A stretch of 41,697 nucleotides of DNA from Saprolegnia diclina VS20 (taxonomy: Eukaryota): positions 529,769 through 571,465 of the forward strand of contig NW_008246084.1 in assembly GCF_000281045.1 (NCBI RefSeq), read 5' to 3'. Positions 24,713-37,324 of the stretch are shown here, piece by piece. Position 1 is the first letter of the stretch, and every line of letters begins with the position of its first letter. A program made the translations under genes and the position numbers. Below the pieces are notes generated by a model. The model did not search any database, was not told where the DNA came from, and worked only from the letters and a program-made list of their open reading frames with translations.

Positions 24713-26405
24713 CTAGTGGTCCCGCCACTCTTCGCCAATGTTGCTCATGCTGGGCACGGGCACAAGCTCGCGGAGCACCCTAATCGTGGGATTCCATGAG
24801 CTGGCGAGACAGCGTCGGTAGACCACGTACGGGTGCCACACGTATTCTTGGTCCTTGGCCTTCTCGACCTTGAGCTGCTTTGTGATTGTCTCCTTCTGCG
24901 TCGCCAGCAGCCGCGTCCGCACTTCCTCCTCGAGCTCGAGCGTACGCGCAGCGTTCTCGGCCATGGCTTCTTGCTGCTTGCGCGTGATCTCTTCTTCCAT
25001 CGTCTGCATCTCGTGGTCGCGCTTCCGCTTCCGCTCCCGCGCCCGCGTCTCTTCGCCTGCCCACTACACCAATCGCAGGTCAGAAGGGATTCGTCATTTT
25101 GGCAGTCCACCTCGTCCGCGTACGTGCGACGATGGTCGTCGAGGTCGACAAGACCCATGTCGATCGTGTCGCATTGCTAGAGCACATCGTTGCACGAGGT
25201 CATCATCGCCCCTTGTTCCATAACGGGTGGGTACCTCGAATTTCGTGTCGACCTTGGCCATCGCTTGTTTCTACATGCGGCATGAGCTCGGCGTCGAGCG
25301 AACGCGCCATGCATGTACCTGGTCTTCAAGCAGCTTGGCTGCGGTCACATGCACGAGCTTTTGGAGGTCGAGGAGCTCCTTGACGTACTTCTACAAGCAG
25401 ACATGACGCATGAGCATGGCGCGATGGAGCGCAGCGTACGTTGCGGATGACGATCATCTGCATGCAGGCTTCCACCTTGGCCTGCAGCGACGCCGGATGG
25501 CGTTCTTGCGTGAGGAGATCGGCCGCCTTCTCGTAGACGTTCGAGGACGCGGACTGGAGCACATATTGATGGTTGGCTTGGATCTTGGGTTCAAGGTGGT
25601 GCACAATGTGCTTGGCGTGGTCGATGCGCTTCAAGAGGTCCACGAGCGGGTGCGCTGCGCGCGCCTTGAGGCCCATGGGCAGATCCGGCTCGACGTCCAT
25701 GGTCGCAAACGTGTTTTCCATGGACGATGCGGTCGTCGCGGCTTGGGTCTCGGACCACGACGGCGGCAGCGGCTCACCCGTCTCCTTCCAGAGCCCGCGA
25801 ATGTCGTCCATCGGGTACAGCTGCTGCTCGGCCCAGAGCTTGAGGATGCGCACGACCGTGTCGCGGTCGGCGGGCGACGTGCACACGAGTGAGACGGCCT
25901 CGGGCAAGAGCGGGCGAAAGGTCTCGGCAAAGAGCGTGGACGGGCTCGACTTGCTTGTCTTGGTCTTGAAAATGACGTGGTTCGCGACGTACAAGAACGG
26001 GATGCGGTCGTGCGTGTCGGCCGCCTTCATCTCGCGCAGCCACGTTGCACAGAGCGCCGAGACGTGGTCGTGGTCCGTCTGGTTGTACATCAAGAAGAGG
26101 TTGGCGACGCGCTCAATGCGCTCGCCGGACTCGTCCAAGTCAGCAAGCTCCATCTGGATCTCATCGCGGTTCCACTTGGCAAAGTCCGTGTCGTCATCGT
26201 CGTCGTCCTCGTCGCTGGCTTGGGCCACGGGTGTCGTCGCCGTCGTCTCTTCCGAGACCTCGGTCACCTTGGCCGACAAAATAGCATCGGCGCCGAGCGT
26301 TCCATCCACCTCCGGTGCCATGCGCATGTGCCCAAGCGGCGGCTGTCCATCGGCGGCTGGCGGATCGCGCTCGTCTCCCATCGCACTGGTCGGCTTCTGT
26401 TCCAT
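24713..26405 (-). CDS. RNA polymerase II CTD-interacting domain (CID/RPR; RPRD/Rtt103-like) protein
   Basis: LADLDESGERIERVA...ATWLREM...RIPFLYVANHVI...FAETFRPLLPEAV...VVRILKLWAEQQLY is a typical CID helical domain. Downstream exons encode a coiled coil ending ...EEWRDH* at 24713. 3' exon borders are approximate. Confidence 0.8.
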
Positions 26406-27418
26406 GGAAAAATTACAGGGCGGTCGACCGGATACAATATCCGGATACAGTGCAACTCAGGATCCAACCTCGGGCATCGATAACGCCCTTGGCCAACGAC
26501 CTCGCCCTTGGTGATTGCTCCAGCAATACAGCTTGATGCATCCGAATGGAGCGAGGGATAGGACTTTACTCGGAGCGTTCGCAGCAGCCCGTCAAAGGAT
26601 CGCTCGCCGAGAACGCCAGAGACCTCAACCGCAGATTTCTCTGGTTTTTGGCCGAGGACAAGGACGGGCCATGCCAACGACGACGCCGACGCCATTCGCC
26701 TTTTGCATCAGCAATAATGGACTGTATCGCATGGGTCTGGCGAAGGCAAGCGAGGTGTCGGTGAGGGCGTGGCCGACAACATCCCAATTTAATTGGTCGA
26801 AAAGCCGCTCTTAAAGGGCCAATCAAACAACAGTATTCCAATCTTTGCGTCGAACAACGAAGAGGCGCGGACCCTGACGGTGAACCACAGTGCACAGGAC
26901 ACGATGGTCCATGTGCAAATCAAGCGCCATGACGTCTTTTCTAGTCAGTTTTATGCTCAAAAAGATCCAATCAGCTTAGTACGTTGGGAATTCACCAGCC
27001 CAAACACGTACGAGTACCGAGACTGCGAAAACGAGCGCACACATACCTCTCGTGGTCGTTGTTGAAGTGGGTCGTCTATTAAAATAGATACGTAAATCTC
27101 ATAAATCTACGCTAAATAAAATTGTCGGACGTTCTTCGTTGTGTCGGCGCTGGTAGTATTGATCTTGATCTAGGCCGGCGGAGGCAGGAGCGCGATCCGC
27201 GGGACAAGGTGCTGGCGCGTCGTGCCTGCCTCTCGTGGTTGTTGAGGAGTTATTACATGCAATATGTTTCTCGCTACCAAATGTATTTGCTATCAAACTA
27301 GTGCCAAGACTTCCAGAACCAAGATGGTTTTGTGGTTTCCTCCATTTTGATTGAACTGCAAACGGTTGCGTCGTTTTGGAATAACCGTGGGTCGTTGGCG
27401 AAGCAGTATTTTGAGATC

Positions 27419-29509
27419 ATGGGCGCGGCGGCAAGCATCGCGCCGGCCGTGTACGACAAGGCGCAGTGCCAAGCGCTCTGCGGCGACCTCTTTGACGACG
27501 CGCTGTGGCGCCAATCGGCCACCGACAATTGCATCTCGCACGAAAAGCTCCAGCTGCTCTTCCACACGATCTCGGACGTCTTTGTCTCGCACGCGATCGA
27601 CGACGCGTCCGTAGCCGCGGCGATATGCAAGAAGCTGCGCGACCGCGGCCTCACGACATGGAGTGCGTCCGGGGTAGTTGGTCGTATCTCGATTCTTTCT
27701 CAGCAGCCAACGTAGGCGGACGAGGGGCGCGACGCTGGCCTCGCGAATGCCCGCTGCGTCCTCGTGCTCGTGTCGCAGGGCTACATGGACAGCGTGGGCG
27801 GCAGCGGCACTCGGGGCCAGTGCCAGCGCGAGTTCAACGCCGCCCTCAAGCAAAAGAAGTCCGTGATTGCGATCCTCGTCGACCCGGCGCCGGCGCTCAA
27901 GCACACGGCGAATTGGACGGGCGACGTGGGGGCCGTCTTCAATGACGCAGCGTTCATCGACTATACGAGCAGCGACGTCGACGAGATTGCTATGCGCCAA
28001 GACGATATTCTGGCGCGCGTTCGCCGAACGATCGGGATTCCGCTGGCGGAGCGCTTTGCATTGACCGTCACCAGTGCGGACGAGAAGAACGAGAGCACGC
28101 GGACAGCGTCGTCCGTGAGCATGCACGCCGATGCAAAGGAGACCCCGATCGTGTACTCGCCCGTGCCTACGCTGGTCGAAGAGGGCCCGCTCGACGCAGC
28201 GTTTCAAGAGCTAGTGTCGCAGCTCCAAGGCGCCGAGACATGGGCGACGCTCTACGACTACCCGTTCACCAACGACACAAGCAACCGATCCGCCGACCAT
28301 GTGATGGAGCTGCCAAAGAGCTGCGTTGGCATCGAGAACGGTCTCATTTTGGCCGGGAGCTACCTCGCCGAGCTCCAAGAGCGTCCGGAGCTTCTCTCGC
28401 TCGGCGCCGTTGGCGGCAAGCTCAATAAGCACAAATTTGTTGTGAGTGTTCGGCTTTGGATCCAAGGGCCCGGGTACGTCCTTGCGGGCGGGCACTACAA
28501 GACGTGGTTTGCGTTGGAGCTCACGCGCGCCATGGGCCTCCAGGTTGCTTTCAACGGCGGCGCCGACAGCTTTCCCGTCTGCAAGACCAACGAGCCGGTC
28601 ACAGTCCCGACCGACGCTTGGCTTCGGTTGGCGATTCGCGTCGACGTACGTGCCAACGTGGTGCAAGTCGTCGTCAACTCGGAGCGCTTGGACGACATTG
28701 CGCTGCCGGCGAAGTTTCATTACGCGCACCTCACAAACCCGATGGCCGAAGGGGCCTTCTACTTGTACGACCCGGCACACAAGGCACGTCTCTTTCGCGG
28801 TGGTCTCCGCCACCTCTTGCTCGTCTCGTCAACCGATGTGCACGAGGCAGGCCCGGCGCCGCCCGTGCCCGACGCCTTCCTCGCCAAGCGCAAGGAGCTG
28901 ATTGCTGGCCTGAAAGCGCTCTGCGACTACCCGTTCGAGACCGACTTGGTCGATCGCGTCTCGGGACGTACGCTGCTAGCACCGTCAACGAGCTACTTGG
29001 AGCCGCACGCAGGTCTCTTCCTCGATGGCGACTACTATGGCGCACAGGAGACGCGGCCCGAAGTGACGTGCGCCGGCGCGTATACGACCGAGATGTCCAA
29101 GACCAACTTTGTCGTCGCCGCGAGCATCTGTCCGTTTGGCCAAGGCTGGGTGTGGTGCCTCGGGAAGGGCTGGCGCTGGTTTGGCTTTGTCATCACCGCC
29201 GAGATGCACGTCGAGCTCGTGCTCAACCACCAGAAAACAGCCTACCCGATCGAGCTGCGTGGCGAGCGCCTCACGCTGCAGCGCCATACGTGGGTGCACT
29301 TTGCGGTGCAAGCCCGCGGAAAGGAGTTCCAAGTCTTTTGCAACGGCGAGCCCCTCGATGTGATCGATCTCGGGCCGAAATTCGCCTACTGGGTCGGCGA
29401 AGGCGACGACAACTCGCTCCTCCTGCATGGCGACTCGGCCAACGAGACCTTCTTCGGGTACATGAAGGACCTCGCGTTCTGGTCCACAAACCAAGTGCCC
29501 GTCGAGTAA
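27419..29509 (+). CDS. N-myristoylation motif + TIR (TIR_2-like) domain + two tandem LamG/concanavalin-A-like domains
   Basis: MGAAAS start. DVFVSHAIDDASVAAAICKKLRDRGLTTW, intron 27674-27715, then GLANARCVLVLVSQGYM...CQREFNAALKQKKSVIAILVD...FIDY (TIR). Internal repeats start LYDYPF (about 28250) and LCDYPF (about 28919), each with W.(R/H).A......QV..N.E.LD.I.L..KF.Y and F.G....L. Confidence 0.8.
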
Positions 29510-29748
29510 GCGTCCTTGGCGCGTGTACATACGGCTGCGTAGCCAGTGGCGTGAACAGTATATACATTGATACATTCTCGATACTTCATTCGAGACGCGA
29601 CACGTGGAGCACCAAGAGGACCGTGGTTCGGGTAGTGTCGGCACATGTCGCATGATAGCCAACTCCCGATGGATAATATTGTCATGCAATAAGAAAGGAG
29701 CTGATGCAGGATACTTTGGAAAATGAAAAGAAACAATGCCTGGGCTGG

Positions 29749-30899
29749 CTACTCTTGAGAGGACGCGACGACGACCGAGGCGCCGACGACCGCCGGTGCC
29801 GACACAGTCGGCGCAGCAACGAGCGAGCCCTTGACGTGCTCGTACGTCACAAAGAAGACGACGCACCACGGCGCCTTGCGCATCCAGTTGGGCAGAAATC
29901 CCTTGTAGAACGCACTCAAGCCTTCGTCCGAGAACGTCTTGAACGCGCAATGATGCGCACTCGAGTACAAGGCGTTGGTTCCCGAAGGCTGCGTCATAAG
30001 CCGCGTCTTGACCACGTCGACACTAACCCAAATGTGAGAATGTATCGAGAGAAGAGCCACCCGTACGGGTTGGACGCCAGCGCTCCCGCGAGGCCCGCGA
30101 CAAGGCTCGACCCAAACGTCGCACCGATCCCGCCGTCCTTGACCAGACCCAGCGAAATCAATGTCGTTTTGCTACGACTTGCGTTTCCAAGGAGCGTACA
30201 GCGAGCGAGCGTATACCATTGGTCGTAGACGCCAAGCTCGGCAGCGTTGACGATGAAGCCGCGAGTGACATTGGGACCCAGACCCTAGTATCGACATGTC
30301 GTACAAAGGACACGACACGAGCCATTGCCAACGTTCAGAAAGCCGCGCCAGCCCTCGGCACCGTGAATCTTGCCGACAGCGTCCCGAAGACCTTTGTACA
30401 GAGTCCCCGACCGGTCGGCTTGCATGCGCACCTTGATGACGTCGACGCTAGTAGGCGGTCAGTGGCGGATCTCGCGTGATATGGTCGAGAGAACGCACGG
30501 GTTGGCAATGCTGATGCTAATCGCACCGGCAAGCCCACCGGCCATGAGCTTTTGCGCAAATGACATGGTCGTGTGGCCGCTCTGGCCGCCATGCTTGGGC
30601 TGGCTCGCGTGCATGATGGCGTCGCGGAACGGCTCGTAGAGCACCATGCACATGCTAGAGTAGGCGATTTGCCGCGCGACGGCTGGCTGAGCGCCTTTCC
30701 AGAGCGCGGACGGGCCCTCAAGTCGCGCGATCTTGGTCATGGCGTCGGCCATCCCCGTGTACTGGACGCTCTGGTGCGCCGCCATACCTTGGGCTTGGAG
30801 GCGGACCTTGGTGATGTCGACGGGCAGCGTCGCCATCTCGGCCGTCGACGACGCGATCGCGCCCGCGAGGAAGCGCGTCGAGAGCGCGTCCTTCTGCAT
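29749..30899 (-). CDS. Mitochondrial carrier (SLC25), uncoupling protein/dicarboxylate-carrier-like
   Basis: Three PxDxxKxR signatures (PVDITKVRLQ, P-VDVIKVRMQ, P-VDVVKTRLM), plus PNVTRGFIVNAAELGVYD and FYKGFLPNWMRKAPW. Four short introns. Confidence 0.92.
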
Positions 30900-32425
30900 C
30901 CTCGCCGTGGCGAATCTTCAACTGCGTATATTTGGAAAGATTGCCAAAACGGTTGCTGGCTTCAACCACAAATTCGCTTATTCCGTATGTTTGATCGCGC
31001 AATCCTTGTACGTGTCTGCAGCGTGAATCTGGGTTTGGTACTTTTGTAAGGGAATACTCGTGGAGGATGGGGCCGGGTCGCGCGCTGATTGGTCCGTGTC
31101 CACAGAACAATCGCCAGCAGCTCAAGCTGGCGCTGGAATCTGGAGCATCTTGATGAGCTTAAGCGCACTCCATAGCTTTCTATTCGATCGACTTGGTAGT
31201 GGTCGTGGTCGGAGATCGGCGTAGAAACGAGGTATCCCGTAGAGGCGGGTTGATGGTCGACGACTTGCTTTCGGTGGCCCATGTGACTTGAACTAGTAGC
31301 CACACTCGGGCAAGGAGGGCTGCTATGCGTTAAGCTTGCCTTGACGTTGAGAGGAGATGCCATTCGATTCAAAGGGATCCTGTGTTGAGGTTGAGCGACT
31401 GTAGATGAGTGGCTGGGTGGATGGCTGCAGCTGAACGAGGAGTGCGCTCAATCACCATCATCATTGACAGTACCAGTGTCCAAGGTGACTACAGCTGACG
31501 CAACGACTCGGCTGGAGAGGCAAACCGTACCACTAATAGCAACGAGAGTATTCTCGGAGGTCGCGACAAATTCTCACCAAAACTTCGCGAACGCTGACCA
31601 TTGAGCTGGCATGAGCAAGAGCGACGAGGGAAGGGAGCACACGCCGTTGCCAGGAGGCCGCCGATTTCGTTCCTTGTATGGAATGCATGTATTCCTTATC
31701 CACGAAATGATACGAAGCTTTTACGAATGTATTGAATATGAGCCACCATCTCTTTGAGATTGCCCCACAGCGAGCAACTCAATTCAATATTGAAGCGACC
31801 TTCAACGTCTCGAACACTGAACCGCCTTCGATCTGGTCCAGCATCGCGTCTTGAAGGGATTACTTGCAGGTTGCTAAGTGCAAAGAGCTCCATGGTGCAA
31901 TCCACTGTCGCCAGCGCCCTTGCTTCCAGTGATCATTCCTCGCCGTACATCAAGGGATATCGCCAACAATCACCCTCGGACACCATCAAAAGGAGCCTGG
32001 GCTTCGGAAACCAGGCGTCCAGAGCTGCCTCCAAGAAGGGCCAACAAACTGTAGCGATCAAGCTTCCTGCCTGGTGTACCAGAGATCATTGTCGCCTTGG
32101 CGTCAGCACCGGAATCTGCATCGAGAAGGCGAGATTGATCGCATATACTTCCATAGAGTATGTCATCGTGTTGTGCTTGTGAAGTCTCTCGTCATGTGCA
32201 AGCCGGTCAGAAGCCATCAACTAGACGACGACTAGGAGCGACTACTAGTCGAGTGACTAGTCCTCTTTGCTGCTGATGAGTTCACGACGGAGCCGGCATC
32301 ATCCGTGTATGCGTAGTGTTTACGCACTTTCCCTGTCACTTGGCATTTGTATTGAACTTATTAGCCAATCAGAGGTGCGAACGTCCAACGCTTTCGTCGA
32401 AGAAACATTTTCCGAATTGCGACGC

Positions 32426-34159
32426 ATGTACCAGAGCATGAGTGACCTCAAGACGCCGCTGGCCAAGGCGGGCGACCTTGCGTTGCTGCTGCCGACGCCC
32501 GCCGAGGCCATCGCCGGCCACGCCGCCGACCTCCGCGCGTCCTTCCGCGCAGGCGTGCTCCAGTCGACCGCGGCGCGCAAGGCCCAGCTCCGCCAGCTGC
32601 GCCTCTTGGCGACCGAAGGCGCCGAGCTGCTCCAAGCCGCCGTGTGGAAGGACCTGCACAAGCATGCAACCGAGCTCTTTGTGATGGAGACGTCTGTACT
32701 TCTCAACGAGATCCAAGAACACTTGGACTACGTCGACGACTGGGCGGCGCCCAAGCGTGTGGGCACGAACCTCGTCAATATCCCGGGCTCGTCGTACGTG
32801 CACAGCGACCCGCTTGGCGTCTGCTGCATCATGGGCACGTGGAACTACCCGGTTCAGCTTATCTTGCTGCCGCTCGTGGGCTGCATCAGCGCCGGCAACT
32901 GTGCCGTCCTGCGCCTGCCGGCGGAAGGGTCGAGCGACCACGTGGCGGCTGCGCTCGCGTACCTTCTCGACAAGTACATGGATCCAAACGTCGTGCGCTA
33001 CGTGGCTGGTGGCATTGACGCGAACAAGGCCATGCTCGCCCAGAAGTTTGATCTTATCTTTTGCACCGGCGGTCCGTCTCGTCTATGAATCAAAAGGGTG
33101 TNNNNNNNNNNNNNNNNNNNNNNNNNNNNNNNNNNNNNNNNNNNNNNNNNNNNNNNNNNNNNNNNNNNNNNNNNNNNNNNNNNNNNNNNNNNNNNNNNNN
33201 NNNNNNNNNNNNNNNNNNNNNNNNNNNNNNNNNNNNNNNNNNNNNNNNNNNNNNNNNNNNNNNNNNNNNNNNNNNNNNNNNNNNNNNNNNNNNNNNNNNN
33301 NNNNNNNNNNNNNNNNNNNNNNNNNNNNNNNNNNNNNNNNNNNNNNNNNNNNNNNNNNNNNNNNNNNNNNNNNNNNNNNNNNNNNNNNNNNNNNNNNNNN
33401 NNNNNNNNNNNNNNNNNNNNNNNNNNNNNNNNNNNNNNNNNNNNNNNNNNNNNNNNNNNNNNNNNNNNNNNNNNNNNNNNNNNNNNNNNNNNNNNNNNNN
33501 NNNNNNNNNNNNNNNNNNNNNNNNNNNNNNNNNNNNNNNNNNNNNNNNNNNNNNNNNNNNNNNNNNNNNNNNNNNNNNNNNNNNNNNNNNNNNNNNNNNN
33601 NNNNNNNNNNNNNNNNNNNNNNNNNNNNNNNNNNNNNNNNNNNNNNNNNNNNNNNNNNNNNNNNNNNNNNNNNNNNNNNNNNNNNNNNNNNNNNNNNNNN
33701 NNNNNNNNNNNNNNNNNNNNNNNNNNNNNNNNNNNNNNNNNNNNNNNNNNNGTCATTGGCCACGTGCGCGACAACGCCAAGCCGCTCGCGCTCTATATCT
33801 TTAGCAAGTCGAACGGCTTTGTGCAGCACATTCTCGCCACTACGTCGTCCGGCAGCGTGTGCGTGAACGACACGATGGTCCAAATCTCCAACCCAAATTT
33901 GCCGTTTGGCGGCGTCGGCAACTCTGGCATGGGCGCATACCACGGACACAAGTCGTTTGAGGTATTCAGCCACGCCAAGTCGGTGCAGTACAAGCACTTT
34001 ATCTTGGACATTGCGCAGCGCTACCAGCCGTACACGCCCTTTGCGCGCCAGCTCCTCGGCGCGGCCTTGTTCCCGATTCCCCGCTCGTGGCAGCGCGCGT
34101 CCGTCTTTGTGGCGCTTGTCGCGCTCGTCGGCATTGTGCTTGCTATCGTATATGCCTAA
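32426..34159 (+). CDS. ALDH3: ALDH3-family (fatty) aldehyde dehydrogenase, copy 1; middle hidden by the N gap
   Basis: DPLGVCCIMGTWNYP, ISAGN and DLIFCTG before the gap. KPLALYIFS, SGSVCVND, LPFGGVGNSGMGAYHG and a C-terminal TM helix after it. The catalytic Glu and Cys fall inside the gap. Confidence 0.88.
33102..33751. other. Assembly gap (650 N)
   Basis: Run of N characters. The size roughly matches the missing middle of an ALDH gene when compared with copy 2. Confidence 0.99.
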
Positions 34160-34973
34160 GCTTGTATATGCCCAAGTGCTTTTCTGGCTTTGTACAACCC
34201 AATGATAATATTCTACTCTAAAACGTCTATTTAATGAATGTTCCGAGCATTGACGATCGGGCGACGCATCTTTTGTGGACCTGGTCCGAATCAATAGTCG
34301 ATACATGTATTTTGTGTTAAATGTTGAAATAACGTGAGGTCAAATTTTGCACCTGGGTGTATGTGACGGTCACCTGCTCGGACTTTCCAAAGTGAATTGC
34401 TACTGGAGCACTGCAGCATGCTACGCACGCCGTCGCTGATGTCATGGCATGAGCATTGATGAGCATTGCGGACTGTGAAGAATGAGATCCAGTTGTTCAT
34501 GGCTTGTGCAAGACCATCTGGTTGCAGATGGTCTGGTCAGCGGTCTGGTCTGGATAGGCTGTCTGGATGGGACTGTTGTGTTCCAGTTGCGTCAAGGAAG
34601 CGCCGAGGAGCACGAGGGATCGAGCGCAGGGGCTTTACACCATATATCGTCTCCAAGGCGTTGGCTGCTTCACACTCTCTGGACGCCATCCGGATATCCG
34701 CGGCCATTTCTCGCCATTTTCGTTCACCTCGCGATAGCTATGCTACAACAGTGGACAATTTCGTTGTTTTTGTTGGCTAGTTTGCTGCATGTAAATTGCT
34801 CGGTATATAGATTATACCGGTATTAGCTAAGGTGAGTACTCGACTAATACCCACATACGCGTGCCGATTCGTCATCGGTATGATGAGTATTTTGTCATGT
34901 CCGCATCATCCATCACAGTGGATCAGTGAAACATTTGCTGGCTTTCACACATTTCATTTTTGATCTTTGTACC

Positions 34974-36623
34974 ATGAACACAAGCATTCTCTCTACCAAG
35001 CCGACGCTGCCATTGCTCAAGCCCATGGCGGCGGCGACGATCCAGGACCACGTTGCGGCGCTGCGGACGGCGTTCCGCAACGGCGCAATGCGGCCGCTGG
35101 CCGCGCGCAAAGCGGCGCTGCTCCAGCTCCGCACGCTCCTCACCGAGGGTTTCGAGCTGCTCCAAACTGCAATTTGGGCCGACTTGCACAAGCACGCGAC
35201 CGAGACGTACGTGACCGAGACGTCGGTCGCCCTCCTCGAGATCCAAGAGCATTTGGACTATATGGACGAGTGGGCGGCGCCGAAGCGCGTGAGCACCAAC
35301 CTCCTCAACGTTCCTGGATCGTCCTTTATTCGCAGCGACCCGCTTGGCGTCTGCTGCATCTTTGACACGTGGAACTACCCGATCATGCTCCTCCTCATGC
35401 CGCTCATCGGGTGCCTCAGCGCTGGCAACGTCGCGCTCGTCCGCCTCCCGACCGACGGCAGCTGCGACAACGTCACGGCGGCACTTGCGCATTTGTTTGA
35501 CAAGTACATGGACCGCAACGTGCTGCGGTACGTCACGGGCGGCATTGACGCCAACAAGGCGCTCCTCCAAGAGAAATTTGACCTGATCTTCTGCACTGGC
35601 GGTATGACAACTTGTCCAATGTAAAGCGAGACGATTGATTGGTGCAGGGTGTACCATCGGCAAGATCGTAGCGCGCGCCGCCGCCGAGACGTTGACGCCC
35701 GTGGTACGTTCTCGTGGCGTTCGCGAGTGCAAAGACTGACCAGCGGGGATGAGTAGATTCTCGAGCTCGGTGGCAAGTCGCCGGCGATCATCGACGCTTC
35801 AGTCGACTTGCTCGTGACTGCCCGGCGTCTCGTCTGGGGCGCCTTCACCAACGCTGGCCAGACCTGCGTCCGCCCCGACTACATCTTTGTCCACGCGTCC
35901 ATTGGACCTGCGCTCGTCGCCGCCATGAAGCAAGCGACTGTCGACTTCTTTGGCGCCGACCCGCAAGCGTCCGACTCGTACGGGCGCCTCGTCAACAGCG
36001 CGCAATTCGACCGCATTCGCCGCATCTACGAAGCCGACAAGACATTCGCGGTGCACGGCGGGCAGTCGGACGCGTCGGATCGGTTTTTCGGGCCGACGAT
36101 GTTCAATTTCGAGTCGGACTATGCGACATTTGCAGCAAGCGCGAGCATGGACAGCGAGCTCTTTGGCCCGCTTTTGCCGATCTGCTACTACACGGACGTG
36201 AACGCAGTCATGGACCACGTCAACGCGCAGCCCAAGCCGCTCGCCCTGTACATCTTCAGCAAGAAGAACGCCTTCCAACAGCACATGCTCGCCAACACAT
36301 CGTCCGGCAGCGTGTGCGTGAACGACACGATGGTGCAGATTTTGAACCCGAGTTTGCCGTTTGGCGGCGTCGGCAACTCTGGCATGGGCGCATACCACGG
36401 CCACAAGTCGTTTGAGGTATTCAGCCACGCCAAGCCGGTGCTGTACAAGCACTTTATCTTGGACATTGCGCAGCGCTACCAGCCGTACACGCCCTTTGCG
36501 CGCACGCTCTTTGGCCTCGTGCTGTACCCGGCTCCGCGTGCATGGGTCAAGGCGCTGCAGCGTGCACTCTCGGTCGGTGTCGTCGGCCTTGTGCTGGCAC
36601 TCGTTTGGAGCCGCAAAAGTTAG
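34974..36623 (+). CDS. ALDH3: ALDH3-family (fatty) aldehyde dehydrogenase, copy 2, catalytically intact
   Basis: Introns 35602-35647 and 35704-35756. WNYP, FCTG, ILELGGKSP (catalytic Glu), NAGQTCVRPDY (catalytic Cys), ELFGP, PFGGVGNSGMG and a C-terminal TM helix. Confidence 0.95.
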
Positions 36624-36809
36624 GCTACCTCGACTATAGTGCTTTGTCGCTGCAATTGTACAATGTATTGGATCATGTGGAAAATAGTTATTTGAAAAGG
36701 ATGTCATTCCTCTCTTGTGCCGTTTCGCCAAGAAGTGCGTGTGCCGTCGCAGGCGCAACGTCCCAGCCACCAACGCGGCGTAGCCACCCAAAAGCGAAAT
36801 AGCCCGTTG

Positions 36810-37324
36810 AAAACGTATGACCATCTTTTAGTGCGCTGCCCATTCATCCGCGCGGTCTGGCGCGCTTTTGACCCGATGCGCGATATTTGAAGCTGCAACT
36901 CCCGACGTCGGTCGGTGGCTTTCTCTACGATGCCGTCGCTCTGCCGTTCTCAGTCCACAAGCCGACCATCCGTGCCCTCTGGCCGATCCTGCGCGCTTGC
37001 GTTTGGTACAGTCTTTGGCTTGAACGCAACAACCGCGAGTTCCGCACGGCATTGACGCCCCTTCCCGCTGCTGCGCTCGCGATCAAAGCCGCTACTATCA
37101 CGCGACTGCATATCCGGCACTTGGCTCGCAGCGCTGTGGTGCCTTCGCTTGCCGAGTCGCTCCACGCCCTACGCGCCGACCCTTGGTGTGCTCGCTACCT
37201 CATTCCCAACTCAATCCCGAGCCCCGACCAAGCGCCCTCAGCTTGACGTACCGGCCAAACCTCACGAGCGCTCTAGGAAGTCCACCATCTTCACTATATA
37301 ATTGCATGTTAATAGCTCATAAAC
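36810..37324 (+). mobile_element. 5'-truncated non-LTR (L1/Tx1-like) retrotransposon flanked by a 16-bp target-site duplication
   Basis: TYDHLLVRCPFIRAVW (end of the zf-RVT region), then after a frameshift LWPILRACVWYSLWLERNNREF, a typical ORF2 C-terminus. GCGAAATAGCCCGTTG is repeated at 36794-36809 and 37325-37340. Confidence 0.85.

Noticed and set aside
27713..27715. In-frame TAG in the TIR gene read as a pseudogene or read-through signal
   Set aside because: It is the AG acceptor of a 42-nt phase-0 GT-AG intron of typical size for this genome.
32757..34306. Long X-containing ORFs in the ORF track
   Set aside because: They are artefacts of the N gap.
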